Below the pieces are notes generated by a model. That model saw nothing but the letters and a program-made list of their open reading frames with translations, was not told where the DNA came from and did no database searches. From the IMG/VR virus record IMGVR_UViG_3300027278_000003: 64,000 nt of DNA, one strand, 5' to 3'. Source of the DNA: a virus. Taxonomy: Duplodnaviria > Caudoviricetes. The translations under genes were made by a program, and so were the position numbers. Positions 62,854 through 64,000 of the stretch are shown one piece after another. Numbering within the stretch: position 1 is the first letter of the stretch; every line of letters begins with the position of its first letter.

Positions 62854-63273
62854 ATGAAGATACTAATTTTTGGCTTGCCGGGTAGTGGAAAAACCTGGCT
62901 TGCTGAGAGACTACAAAAAGAACTTGGTTGTGCATGGTTTAATGCTGACCAAGTTCGAACCATGTCCAATGACTGGGATTTTTCAGAAGACGGAAGATTA
63001 CGTCAGTCAAATAGAATGAAAAATCTTGCAGACTTTGAACACAAATTTGGTAGGATTGTTATTTGTGATTTTGTATGTCCAACAGAACACACACGCAAGT
63101 CGTTTGATGCGGATTATACGATTTGGCTGGACACTATAGACGCTGGTAGGTTTGCAGACACAAACAAAATTTTTGAAAAGCCAAATAAAGTAGACTACCA
63201 CATATCACAGTGGTTTGATGATACACATGTGCAACTTGCCGAAATTATAAAACGGAGAATTATAAATGTTTGA
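62854..63273 (+). CDS. adenylyl-sulfate kinase-like P-loop kinase
   Basis: FGLPGSGKT, FNADQVR, ICDFVCP. Confidence 0.75.
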   Translation: MKILIFGLPGSGKTWLAERLQKELGCAWFNADQVRTMSNDWDFSEDGRLRQSNRMKNLADFEHKFGRIVICDFVCPTEHTRKSFDADYTIWLDTIDAGRFADTNKIFEKPNKVDYHISQWFDDTHVQLAEIIKRRIINV

Positions 63274-63676
63274 TTGGAAAAAACCAACTGCACAAATGCT
63301 AGGGCGTTGGCAACCGTGGCATGATGGACATACCGCATTGTTTAAAAAGGCTCTTGCTGAAATTGGACAAGTTTGTATCATGGTGCGTGACGTTGGCGGT
63401 ATCGTTGGCGAAGACGCAGGCGGAGGACGTACTGCAAAACAAGATGATAACCCATTCGATTACCCTAGAGTCCACATTAATATTGTTAATGGTCTTGGCG
63501 AACATGGATTCACAGAAGGAGGTGAATACGTCATAATGCGCGTTCCGAATATTGTGGATATTAGCTATGGTCGGAGTGTTGGTTACACATTGACGGAACA
63601 TGATCTGGGCGAAGATATTCATAACATCAGCGCAACCAAAATTCGTGCAAAACTAAGGGAAGATGGGAAACTTTAA
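63266..63676 (+). CDS. HxGH nucleotidyltransferase (cytidylyltransferase/NMNAT-like)
   Basis: GRWQPWHDGH and ISATKIR. Confidence 0.75.
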   Translation: MFDWKKPTAQMLGRWQPWHDGHTALFKKALAEIGQVCIMVRDVGGIVGEDAGGGRTAKQDDNPFDYPRVHINIVNGLGEHGFTEGGEYVIMRVPNIVDISYGRSVGYTLTEHDLGEDIHNISATKIRAKLREDGKL

Positions 63677-63690
63677 CAATAAATACTCTA

Positions 63691-64000
63691 ATGAGCAAAA
63701 TTAAAGTTTTCTATGATGCAGTAAGATGCAACCCATATAGTTCAATACAATTTTATAGAATGTTGTCACCTGATCAGGTAGATAACTTACTATTAATGGA
63801 CATTGCAGATACGCATACCGCTACCGAAAATTATTATTTGTATTTTCATATGTATGATGCTCTTTATCATTCACACTTTGATAATTTTTGTGATGAACTA
63901 GCCAAATGCAATTATGATGTGAATCAAGTGCCTGCGTGGAATGCAATAATGAATATGAGAGGTATAATGGCTCTCACTGATGTTCACATACGAGACATAA
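63691..64000 (+). CDS. hypothetical protein (partial, runs off window)
   Basis: Late box at 63679, open frame to edge. Confidence 0.5.
   Translation, partial: MSKIKVFYDAVRCNPYSSIQFYRMLSPDQVDNLLLMDIADTHTATENYYLYFHMYDALYHSHFDNFCDELAKCNYDVNQVPAWNAIMNMRGIMALTDVHIRDI

Noticed and set aside
352-63622. Numerous antisense and alternative-frame ORFs in the supplied track (e.g. 5264..5749, 45501..46082, those overlapping tRNAs)
   Set aside because: They lie opposite well-supported genes or RNAs, lack an RBS and show no recognisable motifs
1-64000. Genome-wide TAG reassignment
   Set aside because: Long conserved genes (nrdA, nrdB, putA, clamp loader) are intact in the standard code and several genes end at TAG; only one internal amber was found

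Overview
This window is part of a large lytic (jumbo-type) phage genome, not a cellular chromosome. Evidence: dense, mostly plus-strand genes, T4-like late-promoter boxes (TATAAATA/ATAAATA), virion-type ORFs, nrdA-nrdB-glutaredoxin-PAAR, an RFC-type clamp loader, GroES, MazG, a mini-DnaE and about 16 tRNA or tRNA-like genes. Two sequence features point to an alphaproteobacterial host, probably Rhodobacterales-like (inference): a tRNA-His without G-1 and with A73, and early sigma70 promoters carrying a GANTC (CcrM) site at a fixed spacer position. Layout: 1-13.7 kb virion and nucleotide-metabolism genes; 15.7-16.1 kb three tRNAs; 16.2-25.9 kb and 29.6-38.6 kb two tailoring-enzyme islands, each with a cobalamin radical SAM enzyme, cupin/2OG-oxygenase-like genes and a sulfotransferase-like gene, plus PncA, ornithine decarboxylase and a desaturase; 25.9-29.5 kb the main tRNA/ncRNA locus; 39.6-64 kb early small genes, a full PutA, replication accessories and exported proteins. 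The best candidate for an undescribed system is the 25.9-29.5 kb translation-control locus. It contains (i) a leader-peptide attenuator in front of the tRNA array, (ii) a small basic ORF whose stop codon lies inside the next tRNA, so processing would make a non-stop mRNA, (iii) a tRNA whose best fold has a CUA amber anticodon, followed by a gene with a strong RBS and an amber codon at position 3, and (iv) several CCA-less tRNA-mimic modules inside long stems. All calls come from reading motifs by eye. No database search or folding program was run.
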